Part shown: positions 9,228-21,048 of the stretch, one piece after another
Numbering within the stretch: the first letter of the stretch is position 1
Layout of the letters: each line of letters opens with the position of its first letter
Assembly (NCBI GenBank): GCA_038213805.1
Contig: JBBQSO010000015.1
Span: forward strand, 1 to 64,000
DNA: 64,000 nt
Reading direction: 5' to 3'
Origin: Planctomycetota bacterium
Lineage (GTDB): Bacteria > Planctomycetota > UBA11346
Program-made: the position numbers and the translations under genes
Notes under the pieces: generated by a model
What the model saw: only the letters and a program-made list of their open reading frames with translations
The model's database searches: none
Told to the model about the DNA's origin: nothing

Positions 9228-12200
9228 ATGGATGACACCTCCGCCTGCCCGCTGTGCTTCACCTCCAATCCCCTGCCGGCGGCGGTCGGCCCGATCACGT
9301 GCCGCGCCTGCGGGGAGTCCTTCCTGCCCGGGCACGTCCCGCGGCCGCCGGGGGGCATGCGCGCGCGGGCCGTGGTCAGCCATGATGCGTGCGCGGTGGA
9401 TGACGATTCGCGGCAGATGGTGCTGCTCGCCGACACCGTGGGCGGCGACGCGCCGGCGCGCGCCGGCCGCGCGCCGAGCAGCGCCGACGAGACCATCCGC
9501 CTGGAAGCTGCGCAGCCGCCCTCCCGCGCGGTCCGCATCACACCGTTGGAGGTGGCCACCCCCGCGCAGCCGGGCGTAGCGCCGCTGGCGCGTCCGGCCG
9601 GCAAGTTCGCAGTCGTCGAGGAGCTGAACCGCGGCGGCATGGGCGTGATCCTGCGCGGGCGCGATCGCAGCCTTCACCGCGAGGTCGCGATCAAGGTCAT
9701 CCGCGACCAGCAGAGCCCGCTGCAGCGCGCGCGCTTCATCAAGGAGGCCCAGGTCACCGGTCAGCTGGAGCACCCGAACATCGTCCCGGTGCACGAATTC
9801 GGCGTCGACGAATCGGGCCGCCTATTCTTCGCCATGAAGCTGGTGCGCGGGCGTACCCTGGCCGAGATCCTCGCGTGGCACCGCGACGATCCCAGCGCCG
9901 CGGCCGCCGAGTTCCCGCTCACACGGCTGGTAAGCATCCTCATCCAGGTCAGCCACGCGGTGGCCTTCGCCCACACCCGCGGGGTGGTGCACCGCGATCT
10001 CAAGCCGGGCAACATCATGCTCGGTGATTTCGGCGAGGTCATGCTCATGGACTGGGGCCTGGCCAAGGTCGGGGCGGCAGGCGCGGTCGGCGGGCAGACC
10101 CTTGATGAGGGGGCGGTGAGCGGAAATCCGCGCAGCGATTCGACCGCGGCGCTGGTCACCGCGGACGGCGACAGCTCGGCGCAGCGCCAGGCCCTGCGCC
10201 TGGACCAGACCCAGGATGGCGCGGTCATCGGCACGCCCGCCTACATGGCGCCCGAGCAGGCCTCCGGCATGGTCTCGCTCATCGACGCGCGCAGCGACGT
10301 CTACGCGCTTGGCGCCGTGCTTTACGAGCTACTCACGCTGGCGCCGCCGGTCAGTGGCGGCGACCTCGATGAGGTGCTGCGTAACGCCAGCATGAACCGC
10401 ATCGTGGCGCCGCAGCAGCGCGCCCCCACGCGCGCCATCCCCAAGGACCTCGCCGCGGTGGCGATGAAGGCGCTCGCCGCTGATCCCGCCGACCGCTATC
10501 CCGGCGCACCGGCCATGCGCCGGGACCTGGAGCGCTTCATCGAGGGTCGCGCGGTCAGCGCGCGCAGCGACTCCTTGCTTGAGGTGGTCGGGAAATTCGT
10601 GCGCCGCCATCGCATCGCCACCATGGTCGCGGCGGTCGGTGTGGCTGCGCTGCTGGCGGTCGGCGTGGCCGGATTCTGGCTCAACCTCGCGGCGCGCCAC
10701 CGCGCCGAGGCCCAGGGCGAGGTCGCGCAGCGCGAGCGCCAGCGCGCCGAGACGGCGCGCGCCAGCGCCGAGAACGAGCGCGGCAACGCCGACCGGCAGC
10801 GCCGCCACGCCGAGGACCAGACGCGCGTCGCCGCCGCGGCCCTGGTCGCCGCCGACGAGCAGCGCCGCATCGCCGAGGACGAGCGTCGCAAGGCCCAGGC
10901 CGCCTTTGCCGCCGAGCTCGCCAGTCGCGAGCGCAGCGCCGTACAGGACCATCTCGCCGCGGTGGCGCTGGCCGGCGAGCAGATCGATCACGACGAGTTT
11001 GCCGCCGCCGCCCAGCTGCTCGACGGCTGTCCGGTGCGATTGCGGGACTGGGTGTGGCGCCGCCTCGCGCTGCTCTGCCACCAGGAACTCGCCGCGCTGC
11101 CCGGCCAGGCCGCCGTGCTGGCGGTCAGTGCCGACGGGCGCCGCCTGGTCGGGGCGGACGCCGCCGGCACGCTGACCCTCTACGAGCTGCCCGGGCTGCG
11201 CGCGCTGGCGAGCTGCACTGGCGTGGGGACCGTGCGCGCTCTCGCCATCGCAGCGGATGGCAGCGTGGTCGCGTGCGCCAGCGGCGATGGCGGTCTGCGC
11301 TGCTGGCGCCCGGGTGGTCCGGCGCGTGCCCTCGCGAATGCGGCGGTGCCGTTCACCGCGCTGGCCTTCACCGCCGAGGTGCGCCTGCTCAGCGGCGCCG
11401 CCGATGGCGCGGTGGCGCTCTGGGATCCCGTTGGCGGACCGGCGCTGGCGCTCGGCAGCCTGGGCGAAGCGGTGAGCGCCCTGGGCGCGGCGCGCGGCGG
11501 CGGGCGCATCGTCGCCGGCGGGTCGCACGGCGCGGTCCGGGTGTGGAGCGGCACCGCCGCGCCGCTCGCCACCCTGCAGGCGCCCGGCGCGGTGCTGGCG
11601 GTCAGCCCGGTGGCGCCGCTGCTGCTGCTCGCCGCGCCGCGCGGCGCGCAGGTCTGGGACCTGGTGCGCGGCCGCGTCCTCGCGACCCTCGCCGGTCACG
11701 CCCGTGAGGTCACCTGCGCGGCCTTCGCCCCGGATGGCGGTCTGGTCGCCACCGGCAGCGCCGACCGCACGGTGCGCATCTGGAACCTCGCCGAGGCGCC
11801 GGCGCTGCTGGTGCTGCGCGGCCACGGCGACCGCCTGGGCGCCATCGCCTTCGCCGGCGGCGGGCGGCTCGCCAGTGTCGCCGATGACGGCAGCCTGCGT
11901 CTGTGGGACGCGCAGGTGCGCCACGATATCGTCGAGCTGCCGCGCGTCGCCGGGCTGACCACGGCGTTGCTCTCGCCCGATGGCGGCCGCGTGCTCACCG
12001 CCAGCACGCACGGCACCGCGACGCTCAGCGACCCGCTCAGCCGCCAGGCGCTGCGCACAGTGGTGCAGGGGCCGGCGATCCGCGCCGCCGCCTTCGCCGT
12101 GGATGGGCGGCGCTTCGCCACCGTCGGCGATGGCGGGGTCGGGCACATCTGGTCGGCGCAGAGCGGCGAGCTGCTCGCCAGCATCGCCGCGCCCGCCGCC

Positions 12201-12806
12201 GCGCTGCGCGCGGTGTGCTTCAGCCCGGACGGCGGCACCCTGCTGACCGGCGGTGCCGACGGGGTGCTGCGCATCTGGGCGGTGGATGATGGCCGGGCGC
12301 TGGTCGCGCTCGTCGATCAGGCTGGGGCGCTGGCCGCAGTCGCGTGGTCGCCGGATGGCCAGCGGCTCGCCGGCGCGGGGGACGATGGCCTGGTGCGCGT
12401 GCGTCGCGCCAACGACCAGGCGGTCCTGCAGCAGCTCAGCGCGCCTGGGTCGGTCGCGGCGCTGCGCTTCTCGCCGGATGGCGGCCTGCTTGCGGCTGCC
12501 GGCGGCGCCCAGGTGCGGATCTGGCGGACGCTCGACGGCACGGAGGCCGCGCTGCTGCGCGGCCACGCCGACGTGGTGCGCAGCCTGGCCTTCTCCGCCG
12601 ACGGCGCGCAGCTCATCAGCGGCAGCGCCGATGGCACCGCGCGCATCTGGGACGCTTCCAGCGGCCGCGTGCTGCTGGTGCTGCGCGAGCACCGCGAGGC
12701 CGTGCTCGCCGCCGAGTTCTCCTCCGACCTGCGCCAGGTGCTGAGCGCCGACGCCGAGGGGCGCACACTGCTGTGGAACGCGCTGCCGGTGGGGGATGAC
12801 AACTGA
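9228..12806 (+). CDS. Ser/Thr protein kinase with N-terminal Zn ribbon, TM, coiled coil and WD40 repeats
   Basis: CPLC...[36 protein letters not shown]; many GH...FSPDG...WD repeats; ATG at 9228. Confidence 0.92.
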   Translation: MDDTSACPLCFTSNPLPAAVGPITCRACGESFLPGHVPRPPGGMRARAVVSHDACAVDDDSRQMVLLADTVGGDAPARAGRAPSSADETIRLEAAQPPSRAVRITPLEVATPAQPGVAPLARPAGKFAVVEELNRGGMGVILRGRDRSLHREVAIKVIRDQQSPLQRARFIKEAQVTGQLEHPNIVPVHEFGVDESGRLFFAMKLVRGRTLAEILAWHRDDPSAAAAEFPLTRLVSILIQVSHAVAFAHTRGVVHRDLKPGNIMLGDFGEVMLMDWGLAKVGAAGAVGGQTLDEGAVSGNPRSDSTAALVTADGDSSAQRQALRLDQTQDGAVIGTPAYMAPEQASGMVSLIDARSDVYALGAVLYELLTLAPPVSGGDLDEVLRNASMNRIVAPQQRAPTRAIPKDLAAVAMKALAADPADRYPGAPAMRRDLERFIEGRAVSARSDSLLEVVGKFVRRHRIATMVAAVGVAALLAVGVAGFWLNLAARHRAEAQGEVAQRERQRAETARASAENERGNADRQRRHAEDQTRVAAAALVAADEQRRIAEDERRKAQAAFAAELASRERSAVQDHLAAVALAGEQIDHDEFAAAAQLLDGCPVRLRDWVWRRLALLCHQELAALPGQAAVLAVSADGRRLVGADAAGTLTLYELPGLRALASCTGVGTVRALAIAADGSVVACASGDGGLRCWRPGGPARALANAAVPFTALAFTAEVRLLSGAADGAVALWDPVGGPALALGSLGEAVSALGAARGGGRIVAGGSHGAVRVWSGTAAPLATLQAPGAVLAVSPVAPLLLLAAPRGAQVWDLVRGRVLATLAGHAREVTCAAFAPDGGLVATGSADRTVRIWNLAEAPALLVLRGHGDRLGAIAFAGGGRLASVADDGSLRLWDAQVRHDIVELPRVAGLTTALLSPDGGRVLTASTHGTATLSDPLSRQALRTVVQGPAIRAAAFAVDGRRFATVGDGGVGHIWSAQSGELLASIAAPAAALRAVCFSPDGGTLLTGGADGVLRIWAVDDGRALVALVDQAGALAAVAWSPDGQRLAGAGDDGLVRVRRANDQAVLQQLSAPGSVAALRFSPDGGLLAAAGGAQVRIWRTLDGTEAALLRGHADVVRSLAFSADGAQLISGSADGTARIWDASSGRVLLVLREHREAVLAAEFSSDLRQVLSADAEGRTLLWNALPVGDDN

Positions 12807-12814
12807 GGGGGAGG

Positions 12815-12946
12815 GTCCGGAAGTCCGGGGTCCGGAAGTCCGGAAGTCTTGTGTTCGCGAAGTCTTCACGTCCAGCACAGGCGCAGGGTCGAGAACGGGC
12901 GCTTGGCAGATCGCTCGCGCTGTCTCCGACTTCCGGACTTCCGGAC
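12815..12946. repeat. Inverted octamer-array element, copy 2 (between convergent kinase genes)
   Basis: GTCCGGAA-type units at 12815-12848, 79 bp core, GAC(TTCCGGAC)2 at 12928-12946. Confidence 0.9.
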
Positions 12947-12950
12947 TCTT

Positions 12951-13967
<1,017 letters not shown>

Positions 13968-14048
13968 GGGCGGTTATCGTAGGGGCCGGCATGGGATGCC
14001 AAGGAGGGGGCGGGCGGCCTGGGGGCGGGCGGCCTGGGGGCCGGCCCG

Positions 14049-14236
14049 GTCCGGAAGTCCGGAAGTCCGGAGGTCCGGAAGTCTCGTGGTCCGAACGTGC
14101 TGGGCGACTGCCACGTGCATGAGGGTGATCTCGGTCAGGTGCTTTGCTGGCGCATGTCTTTGACTTCCGGACTTCCGGACTTCCGGACTTCCGGACTTCC
14201 GGACTTCCGGACTTCCGGACTTCCGCACCTCCAGAC
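14049..14236. repeat. Inverted octamer-array element, copy 3 (between divergent kinase and folC)
   Basis: 4 GTCCGGAR units at 14049-14080, 78 bp core, 7 perfect TTCCGGAC units at 14165-14220 plus 2 degenerate units. Confidence 0.92.
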
Positions 14237-14254
14237 TGTGCCCATTCTCCCCCC

Positions 14255-15475
14255 ATGTCCCCCCGCATTGCCGCCGACGACGCGGCCATCACCGCCTGGC
14301 TGGACGGCGCGGTCAATTTCGAACGCAGCGGCGCCTTCGCCGGCATCCGCCTCGAGCGCATCGCCCGCGCCCTTGCCGCGCTGCCGACGCCGCCTGCGCC
14401 GTGCACGGTGGCCGGAACCAAGGGCAAGGGCAGCACGGTGCGCCTGATTGAGGCCGCGCTGCTCGCCCAGGGCGTGCCGGTGCTGGCATTCACCAGTCCG
14501 CACGTGCGCAGCGTGCGCGAACGCTGGCGTTGGGACGGCGTCCCCATCGACGTCACCAGCCTGGCCGACGCCTGCGATGCGGTGGCTGCGCTGGAGGAGC
14601 GTCTCGGCGAGGCCCTGACCTGGTTCGAACGCACCTTCGCCATCGCCTGCCTGCTCGCCCGGGCGCGCACCGGGACGCACTTTCTGGTCGAGGTCGGGCT
14701 CGGCGGCCGCCTCGACTGCGCCAACGCCCTCGACGCGCAGGTCGCGGTGCTGACCCACCTGTCCCACGACCACCGCGACATTCTCGGTCCGACCCTGGAG
14801 CACATCGCGCGCGAAAAGCTCGCCGTCGCGCGCGCGGGCCGCCCGCTGCTGATTGCGCCGCAGACGCCGGCTGGCGCCGCGGCGATCCGCGCCGTGCTGG
14901 CCGCCCCGGGCGCTCCGACGCCGGCGGTGCGCTGGATCGACCCGCCGTCCGCGCCCTTTGCGCTCGCCCTGCCCGGCGCGCACCAGCAGGACAACGCCGC
15001 CACCGCGCTGGCCGCGGCGGCCACCGTGCATCCCGGCCTGGACGTCGCAGCCGCGCGCCGCGCCATGGCCACTGCCACCCTCGCCGCGCGCTGCCAGCTG
15101 GTCGTGCGCGCCGGCCGCCGCCTGGTGGTCGATGGCGCGCACAACCGCGAGAGCATCGCCGCGACCCTCGCCACCGCTGCGGGCCTGCTGCGTCCGGGCT
15201 GGCGGCTGATCATCGCCCTGGCCGCCGACAAGGAGCTCGCCGAGATCGCCGAAGCAATCCCCGCGGACCTGGCGGTCACGCGCTGCGGCTACAGCAGCCC
15301 GCGCGCGCGCTGCGAACCCGACTGGCTGCCGGCGCAGCGCGCCTGGCCGTGGCACGACAGCATCGCGGCGGCGCTCGCGGCGCAGCCGGCGGAGGCGGAC
15401 GTCTGCGTCACAGGCAGTCTCTACCTGGCGGGCGAGACCCTCGCCCTGCTCGGCGAGGAGCGTCTCGACGGTTGA
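14255..15475 (+). CDS. folC: Folylpolyglutamate synthase / dihydrofolate synthase
   Basis: VAGTKGKGST, FTSPH, EVGLGGRLD, DH..ILG.TLE.IAREK, PGAHQ..NA, VDGAHN, GSLYL. Confidence 0.9.
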   Translation: MSPRIAADDAAITAWLDGAVNFERSGAFAGIRLERIARALAALPTPPAPCTVAGTKGKGSTVRLIEAALLAQGVPVLAFTSPHVRSVRERWRWDGVPIDVTSLADACDAVAALEERLGEALTWFERTFAIACLLARARTGTHFLVEVGLGGRLDCANALDAQVAVLTHLSHDHRDILGPTLEHIAREKLAVARAGRPLLIAPQTPAGAAAIRAVLAAPGAPTPAVRWIDPPSAPFALALPGAHQQDNAATALAAAATVHPGLDVAAARRAMATATLAARCQLVVRAGRRLVVDGAHNRESIAATLATAAGLLRPGWRLIIALAADKELAEIAEAIPADLAVTRCGYSSPRARCEPDWLPAQRAWPWHDSIAAALAAQPAEADVCVTGSLYLAGETLALLGEERLDG

Positions 15476-15649
15476 GGTGCGTTCGCGTCCCGGCCGCCAG
15501 GCGCCGCACCGACGTTGGGGATCGCGCGCGCAGCACGTGGCCGGCATGACCCGCAGACCTTGACGTCCTGCCGGGGCGCTCCTGGACGGCAGGCAATCTG
15601 CTGGTAGCGTCCCTGTGCTCGCCCCGCCCGCCCCCTGGATAACATCGCC

Positions 15650-18600
15650 ATGACCACCCAGCTCGCCGATCTGATGACCCGTTGGTCCGCCTGCGCACGT
15701 CCCGTGCTGGCCGTTGTCGCGCTGCTCGCTCTGGTCGGGCCGGCCCGGGGAGAGGACTCCATCGTTACCATCGCTGGTGGGGGGGTATCGGGTGCTGCGG
15801 GCTACTCGGGTGATGGCAGTCCCGCCACCAGCACGCAGTTCAGCCTGGTCGGTGGCATCGCCTACGGGCCTGGCGGGGACCTGTACATCGTCGCGCAGGG
15901 CGATCAGCGCATCTGCCGCGTCGCCGCAGCCACCGGCATCGTCAGCACCGTCGCCGGCACCGGGCACTACGGCTTCTCGGGGGATGGCGGACCGGCCACC
16001 GCGGCCGATCTCGCGAATCCGGCGCACATCGCCTTCGACCACGTGGGCAACCTGCTTATCGTCGACCAGAACAACCACCGCATCCGTCAGGTGGCGGCTG
16101 CGACCGGGATCATCACCACCATCGCCGGCAGCGGCAATTCGTCGCTCACTCCAAACCCGTCCGGGTCCTTTTCCGGGGACGGCGGCCCAGCCACCGCGGC
16201 GACCTTCAACCAGCCGGTCGGGCTGCTGGTCCTCGGCAATGGCGACCTGCTGCTCACCGATATGCTGAACCAGCGCGTACGCCGCATCGTCGCCACCACT
16301 GGCATTATCACCACCGTCTGCGGCATCGGCCTGCCACCCATCCCGGGCAATCAGGTCCAGGGCGGGTTTTCCGGTGACGGCGGCCCGGCGATCAGTGCCG
16401 CGCTCAACATCCCCGTTGACCTGCAGGTCGATCAGGCCGGCAACATCTTCATCGCCGACCTGCGCAACAACCGCATCCGCCGCATCGCCGCCGCCACCGG
16501 CACGATCTCGACCATCGCCGGCAACGGTACCGCCATCACCACCACTGCGACCGGCGACGGCGGTCCGGCTACGGCGGCGATCCTCTTCAATCCGACCGCG
16601 CTGTTCATCGATGCGCACGGCGATCTGCTGATCGCGGTCGGCAACGACAACGACGCTATCCGCCGCGTCGACCACGTCACCGGCACCATCACCACCATCG
16701 CCGGCAGTTCGCTGCGGGGCTTTTCCGGCGACGGCGGCCCCGCGACCCAGGCGAAACTCAACCGCCCGACGACCATGTGCCTGGATCCGGCCGGAAACCT
16801 GGTGTTCTCGGATGGCAACAACTTCCGCGTCCGCAAGCTCGTCCCCGTGCCGCTGCTTGCGGCCGAGCACCCGGGGAACCCGCAGCCCGGCCTCATCTAC
16901 TCCTACGTCGAAGGTGGCTGGAGCGTCCTTCCGGACTTCGCCAACCTGGCCCCGCTCGCGACTGGTACGGCTGCGCTCATCGACCTGACGCCGCGCCGGC
17001 GCGATACGCTCTACGCGCTGCGCTTCACCGGCTACGTGTTCGTGCCAGCGGATGGGATTTATACCTTCTCCACCACCTCCGACGACGGCAGCCGGCTGCG
17101 GGTCGGTGGGACGCTGGTGGTCGACAATGATGGCAAGCATGCGGCGCAGGAGCGCACCGGCACCGTCGGTCTGGCGGCCGGCCTGCACGCGCTTACCGTC
17201 GACTATTTCCAGAACGGCGGCGGTGCCACGCTTATGGTGACCTACGCCGGTCCTGGAGTGGCCAAGCAGGCCATTCCAGGCGGCGCCCTCGTCCATGAGG
17301 CCGGTGACCAGTCGCCGTCCGAGTTCATCGACGCCAACGTCACCGATCCGCTCGTCGAGCTCGGTGGGCGCACCTACTTCGGCGCCACCACCAGCGCCAC
17401 CGGGAGCGAAGTGTGGTCCACGGACGGCACGACCGCTGGAACGCGGGTGGTCGCGGACCTCAACGAGGGACCGGCCGACAGTGCGCCGCGGCACCTGACA
17501 CTGCTGGGCGGCCGTATGTATTTCACCGCCAATGACGGCGTTTCCGGGCGCGAGCTGTACACCAGCGACGGCACCGCCGCCGGCACCCGCATGGTGGTCG
17601 ACCTTGCGGCCGGCAGTTCCTCTTCGAATCCCGCGCACCTCTTCGCGCTCGGCGCGCGCTTGGTGTTCAGCGCCTTCCAGCCCGGCATCGGCTGGCGCCT
17701 GTGGGCGAGTGACGGCAGCGCGGCCGGCACCGTGCTGCTCAAGGACATCGACCCGTCGCCGAGCGCGGACGAGTTCTCGTACAACTGGCACCACGTCTTC
17801 TGCGTGGTGGGCAGCAAGCTGTTCTTCAACGGCACCGATCCGCTGCACGGCAGCGCGCTGTGGGTGACCGACGGAACCGCCGCCGGCACGCGGCTGGTCC
17901 GCAACACCGCCGCCGGCGCGCCGGGGATGGAGCCGATCTCGATGACCGCTTTCGCCGGGAAGCTGTACTACACCTCGCGCACCGCCAACAGCACCATCTG
18001 GCTCAGTGACGGCAGCGACGCTGGCACCAGGCAGTTCAGCGCCCTGACCTACTTTAACGACTTCAACACCGCGGTGGGCGGCCTGCTCTACACTCGCGGC
18101 ACCACCGATTCCTTCAACAACGGCATCTGGGTCACCGACGGCGATCCCGCGCACCAGACGCAGCTCAGCACCACGCTGAGCGCGACGCAGTTTTACGCCG
18201 CCCTGGGTACGACGGTGTTCATGAACCCCGATGCGCCGTCGCAGTTCCCGTACCGGCCGCTCGCCACTACGACTGGTACTCCGGCCAGCACCGGGGTGCT
18301 GGCGCCAGTGTCGTGCGACCTTCCCTTCGTTGTGGGCAGCCGCTTGTTCTTCACCTCCGGCGCTGAGTTGTGGCGTAGTGACGGCACCGCCAGTGGCACC
18401 GCCCTGGTCACCAGTCGCATCGCGTCGCCGGTAACGGTCGGCGCGCGCGGCGCACTGGCGCTGGTCGCGCAGCGCAACGATGCCCGGCGTTACAGCGTGC
18501 TATGGGCGAGCGACGGCACCGACGCGGGCACCGTGCCGCTGCTGAGCGGCACCACCATTTCGGTCGCCTTCCCCGACACCTTTCATTTCGTCGGCACCGC

Positions 18601-20134
18601 GTCTGCGGAGGTGGCCATTCTCGGCGTCGCCAGCGACGAATATGGCGGCATCGACCACGTCGCCTTTACCATGAGTGGTGCGACCACAGGGGGTGGTGCC
18701 GCGAACGGCGGGGTCAGCAGCGCACCCGGGAATGTTGCCTGGTCCGTCTTTCCGACGGTGAACGTCGGAGAGACCTTCGTAACCATCACCGCCACCTCGA
18801 CGATCGGCACCACCGCGTCCGTCGTGATGGATGTCGTGCGGTCGATAAACGGCGGCCCGGTCGTCGCGATTACCGCGCCCACTTCCGGCGCTACATGGAC
18901 CACGAGCGTTGCCAGCGTGCCGATCGCCGGCACCGCCACCGGTCCTTCCCCGATCAGAAGAGTCGACTACGTGCTGAGCGGTGCGACCAACCTGTCAACC
19001 CAGGCCACCGGGACCTCGGCTTGGAACTTCACGGCGCTTCTCACGCCGGGTCAGACGCGGGTGATGGTCATCGCAAGCGATAGCGCGGGTAGCCTCGCCA
19101 CACGTTCGTTCTTCGTGACGTATACCGACCTGGTCCCGGCCGAGCACCCAAGCGCGACCCAGCCCGGGCTCGCCTACGCGTACGCAGAGGGGGCGTGGAA
19201 CACGCTGCCGGACTTCACCACCCTGGCTCCGACTGCGACCGGCACCGCCGCGCAGATCGACCTGACGCCGCGCCGGCGCGACACGCTCTACGCGCTGCGC
19301 TTCACCGGGTACGTGTCGGTGCCGGCGGATGGGGTGTACACCTTCGCCACGACCTCCGACGATGGCAGCAACCTGATCGTTGGCGGGACCCTGGTGGTCG
19401 ACAACGACGGTAAGCACGTGGCGCAGCGGCGCTCCGGCACCATCGGCCTGCAGGCGGGCCTGCACGCGGTCGCCGCCGAGTTCTTCCAGGGCGGCGGCGG
19501 CGCCACCTTGAGCGTGACGTGGTCGGGTCCCGGCTTCATCGAGCAGGTCATCCCGGTCTCCGCCTGGAGCCACGCGCAGCCACCCGGCGGTGGCATCCTG
19601 CGCGAGTTCTGGAGCGGTGTGCCGGGGAAGACGGTCGCATCGCTGACCAGCTGGCCTGCCTTCCCGCTGGCGCCAAGCGGTACCAGCCTGCAGCCCGCCT
19701 TCGTCGCGCCGAGCAACTGGGCCGACACCTACGGCACGCGCATGCGCGGCTACGTCACCGCGCCGCTCAGCGGCATGTACACCTTCTGGATCGCAGGCGA
19801 CGACCAGTGCGAGCTGTGGCTGAGTCCGTTCACCGGACTCGAGCAGGACAAGCTGCTGATCGCGACCGTGCCGAGCGCGACCGCGCCGCTGGCGTGGAAC
19901 ACCTTCCCGCAGCAGCGCTCGGCGACCATCGCGTTGACGGCGGGCCAGTCCTACTACATCGAAGCGCTGCAGAAGGAGGGTTTCGGCGGCGACTGCCTGG
20001 CCGTGGGCTGGCAGCTCCCCGATGCCAGCTTCGAACGGCCCATCCCCGGACTGCGCCTCACCCCGGCGCTGGTCGGATCAGCGCGACTGGAGGCGAGTCC
20101 GATCGGATCCGCCACCCAGCCAGCGCAGCGCTGA
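15650..20134 (+). CDS. Large secreted multidomain protein: NHL repeats, PA14, ELWxxDGT repeats, Ig-like domains, two further PA14 domains
   Basis: Signal peptide; repeated GFSGDGGPAT.A; PA14 motif YTF.TTSDDGS.L twice plus YTFWIAGDD; EVWSTDGT/ELYTSDGT/ELWRSDGT repeats. Confidence 0.85.
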   Translation: MTTQLADLMTRWSACARPVLAVVALLALVGPARGEDSIVTIAGGGVSGAAGYSGDGSPATSTQFSLVGGIAYGPGGDLYIVAQGDQRICRVAAATGIVSTVAGTGHYGFSGDGGPATAADLANPAHIAFDHVGNLLIVDQNNHRIRQVAAATGIITTIAGSGNSSLTPNPSGSFSGDGGPATAATFNQPVGLLVLGNGDLLLTDMLNQRVRRIVATTGIITTVCGIGLPPIPGNQVQGGFSGDGGPAISAALNIPVDLQVDQAGNIFIADLRNNRIRRIAAATGTISTIAGNGTAITTTATGDGGPATAAILFNPTALFIDAHGDLLIAVGNDNDAIRRVDHVTGTITTIAGSSLRGFSGDGGPATQAKLNRPTTMCLDPAGNLVFSDGNNFRVRKLVPVPLLAAEHPGNPQPGLIYSYVEGGWSVLPDFANLAPLATGTAALIDLTPRRRDTLYALRFTGYVFVPADGIYTFSTTSDDGSRLRVGGTLVVDNDGKHAAQERTGTVGLAAGLHALTVDYFQNGGGATLMVTYAGPGVAKQAIPGGALVHEAGDQSPSEFIDANVTDPLVELGGRTYFGATTSATGSEVWSTDGTTAGTRVVADLNEGPADSAPRHLTLLGGRMYFTANDGVSGRELYTSDGTAAGTRMVVDLAAGSSSSNPAHLFALGARLVFSAFQPGIGWRLWASDGSAAGTVLLKDIDPSPSADEFSYNWHHVFCVVGSKLFFNGTDPLHGSALWVTDGTAAGTRLVRNTAAGAPGMEPISMTAFAGKLYYTSRTANSTIWLSDGSDAGTRQFSALTYFNDFNTAVGGLLYTRGTTDSFNNGIWVTDGDPAHQTQLSTTLSATQFYAALGTTVFMNPDAPSQFPYRPLATTTGTPASTGVLAPVSCDLPFVVGSRLFFTSGAELWRSDGTASGTALVTSRIASPVTVGARGALALVAQRNDARRYSVLWASDGTDAGTVPLLSGTTISVAFPDTFHFVGTASAEVAILGVASDEYGGIDHVAFTMSGATTGGGAANGGVSSAPGNVAWSVFPTVNVGETFVTITATSTIGTTASVVMDVVRSINGGPVVAITAPTSGATWTTSVASVPIAGTATGPSPIRRVDYVLSGATNLSTQATGTSAWNFTALLTPGQTRVMVIASDSAGSLATRSFFVTYTDLVPAEHPSATQPGLAYAYAEGAWNTLPDFTTLAPTATGTAAQIDLTPRRRDTLYALRFTGYVSVPADGVYTFATTSDDGSNLIVGGTLVVDNDGKHVAQRRSGTIGLQAGLHAVAAEFFQGGGGATLSVTWSGPGFIEQVIPVSAWSHAQPPGGGILREFWSGVPGKTVASLTSWPAFPLAPSGTSLQPAFVAPSNWADTYGTRMRGYVTAPLSGMYTFWIAGDDQCELWLSPFTGLEQDKLLIATVPSATAPLAWNTFPQQRSATIALTAGQSYYIEALQKEGFGGDCLAVGWQLPDASFERPIPGLRLTPALVGSARLEASPIGSATQPAQR

Positions 20135-20273
20135 CCCCAGCGCCGCGGGGGCGCTGGTCGGATGGTCGTCGTGGGCGCACTCGTTGGCGCTGCCGCGAGG
20201 GTGTGCGCCGGTGGGGCATGCGGATTCCGCCACGACCCGGGCGCTCTGCGCTCTGCGCCAATGAGGCTGGCGC

Positions 20274-21032
20274 TCAACGCGCTGCGGTGAGGCGTTCTTC
20301 GGTCTGCTTGGCGAGGTCGAGAGCGCCCGGTTCGCCCCGGCGCGCGGCTTCGAGCTGGTGTAGCAGTTCCAGGCGCAGGTCGGCTGCGGGACTGCGCGCC
20401 CCATTCATCGCGGTGGCCGGCGCGGGGGTGCCGTGCGCGTCGACGGTGCGCGCGGCGACCGGCGCCACGCGTTGGGCACTGCCTGTGGTGGCGGCGGCCG
20501 CTGCCGGCGCCGCCGCCGCCGCGAGCGGCGCGCGGCGCAGCTGCGCGGCCTTGGCGGCGGTGACCAGGGATTCTCCCGACCACAGCCGCAGGCGTGCGAC
20601 CTCCTGGTCGCCGTCGCGGGTCGGGCGCACGGCGTGCACGTCGAGCCAGTCGGCCGCTCCTACCACGCGCCCGCCCGGGATCGCGTACTCGCCGGCGCCG
20701 TGGCCACCGGCGAGGTAGAGGCGCACGCCGTTGTCGAGGTCGATGGCTGCCGAGCCGCGCGCCGGATCAGCCTGGGCAGCAACCACCGCGGCGATGCCGC
20801 GCGGCAGGCCGGCGACATCGCCGACGACCTGGTCGGGCGCGATCGCCAGCCAGCCCTGGGAATCGCCGTCGGCGAGTTCGGTGGGCGCGGCAGGCGCGGA
20901 GCGTGCGAGGTGCCACGTGCCGGTGCAGGGCAGGGCCGTGGTGCGGGCGCTGCCGCAACCGCCCAGCGCGAGGGGCAGTGCGGCGGCGAAAAGCAGCGTG
21001 GCGGGGAAGGGGCGGCGCAGGGGCGTGGTCAT
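20274..21032 (-). CDS. Putative lipoprotein of unknown function downstream of the pstS-like gene
   Basis: MTTPLRR...LPLALGGC lipobox; GGAG RBS; starts 16 nt after the pstS-like stop. Confidence 0.6.
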   Translation of the reverse strand: MTTPLRRPFPATLLFAAALPLALGGCGSARTTALPCTGTWHLARSAPAAPTELADGDSQGWLAIAPDQVVGDVAGLPRGIAAVVAAQADPARGSAAIDLDNGVRLYLAGGHGAGEYAIPGGRVVGAADWLDVHAVRPTRDGDQEVARLRLWSGESLVTAAKAAQLRRAPLAAAAAPAAAAATTGSAQRVAPVAARTVDAHGTPAPATAMNGARSPAADLRLELLHQLEAARRGEPGALDLAKQTEERLTAAR

Positions 21033-21048
21033 GGCATGCTCCCCGCGC

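Noticed and set aside
14006..14040. 15-bp tandem GGGGGCGGGCGGCCT x2 as a G-quadruplex regulatory element
   Set aside because: G-runs are common at this GC content and there is no independent support
14049..14236. Octamer arrays as a CRISPR array
   Set aside because: The units are 8 bp and directly adjacent with no unique spacers between repeats; no cas genes in the window
14135..18154. Very long antisense or alternate-frame ORFs (e.g. 14135-18154 -, 42132-45566 +, 10329-12878 -, 3638-5407 -)
   Set aside because: Shadow ORFs expected at high GC; they overlap well-supported genes and contain no recognisable motifs
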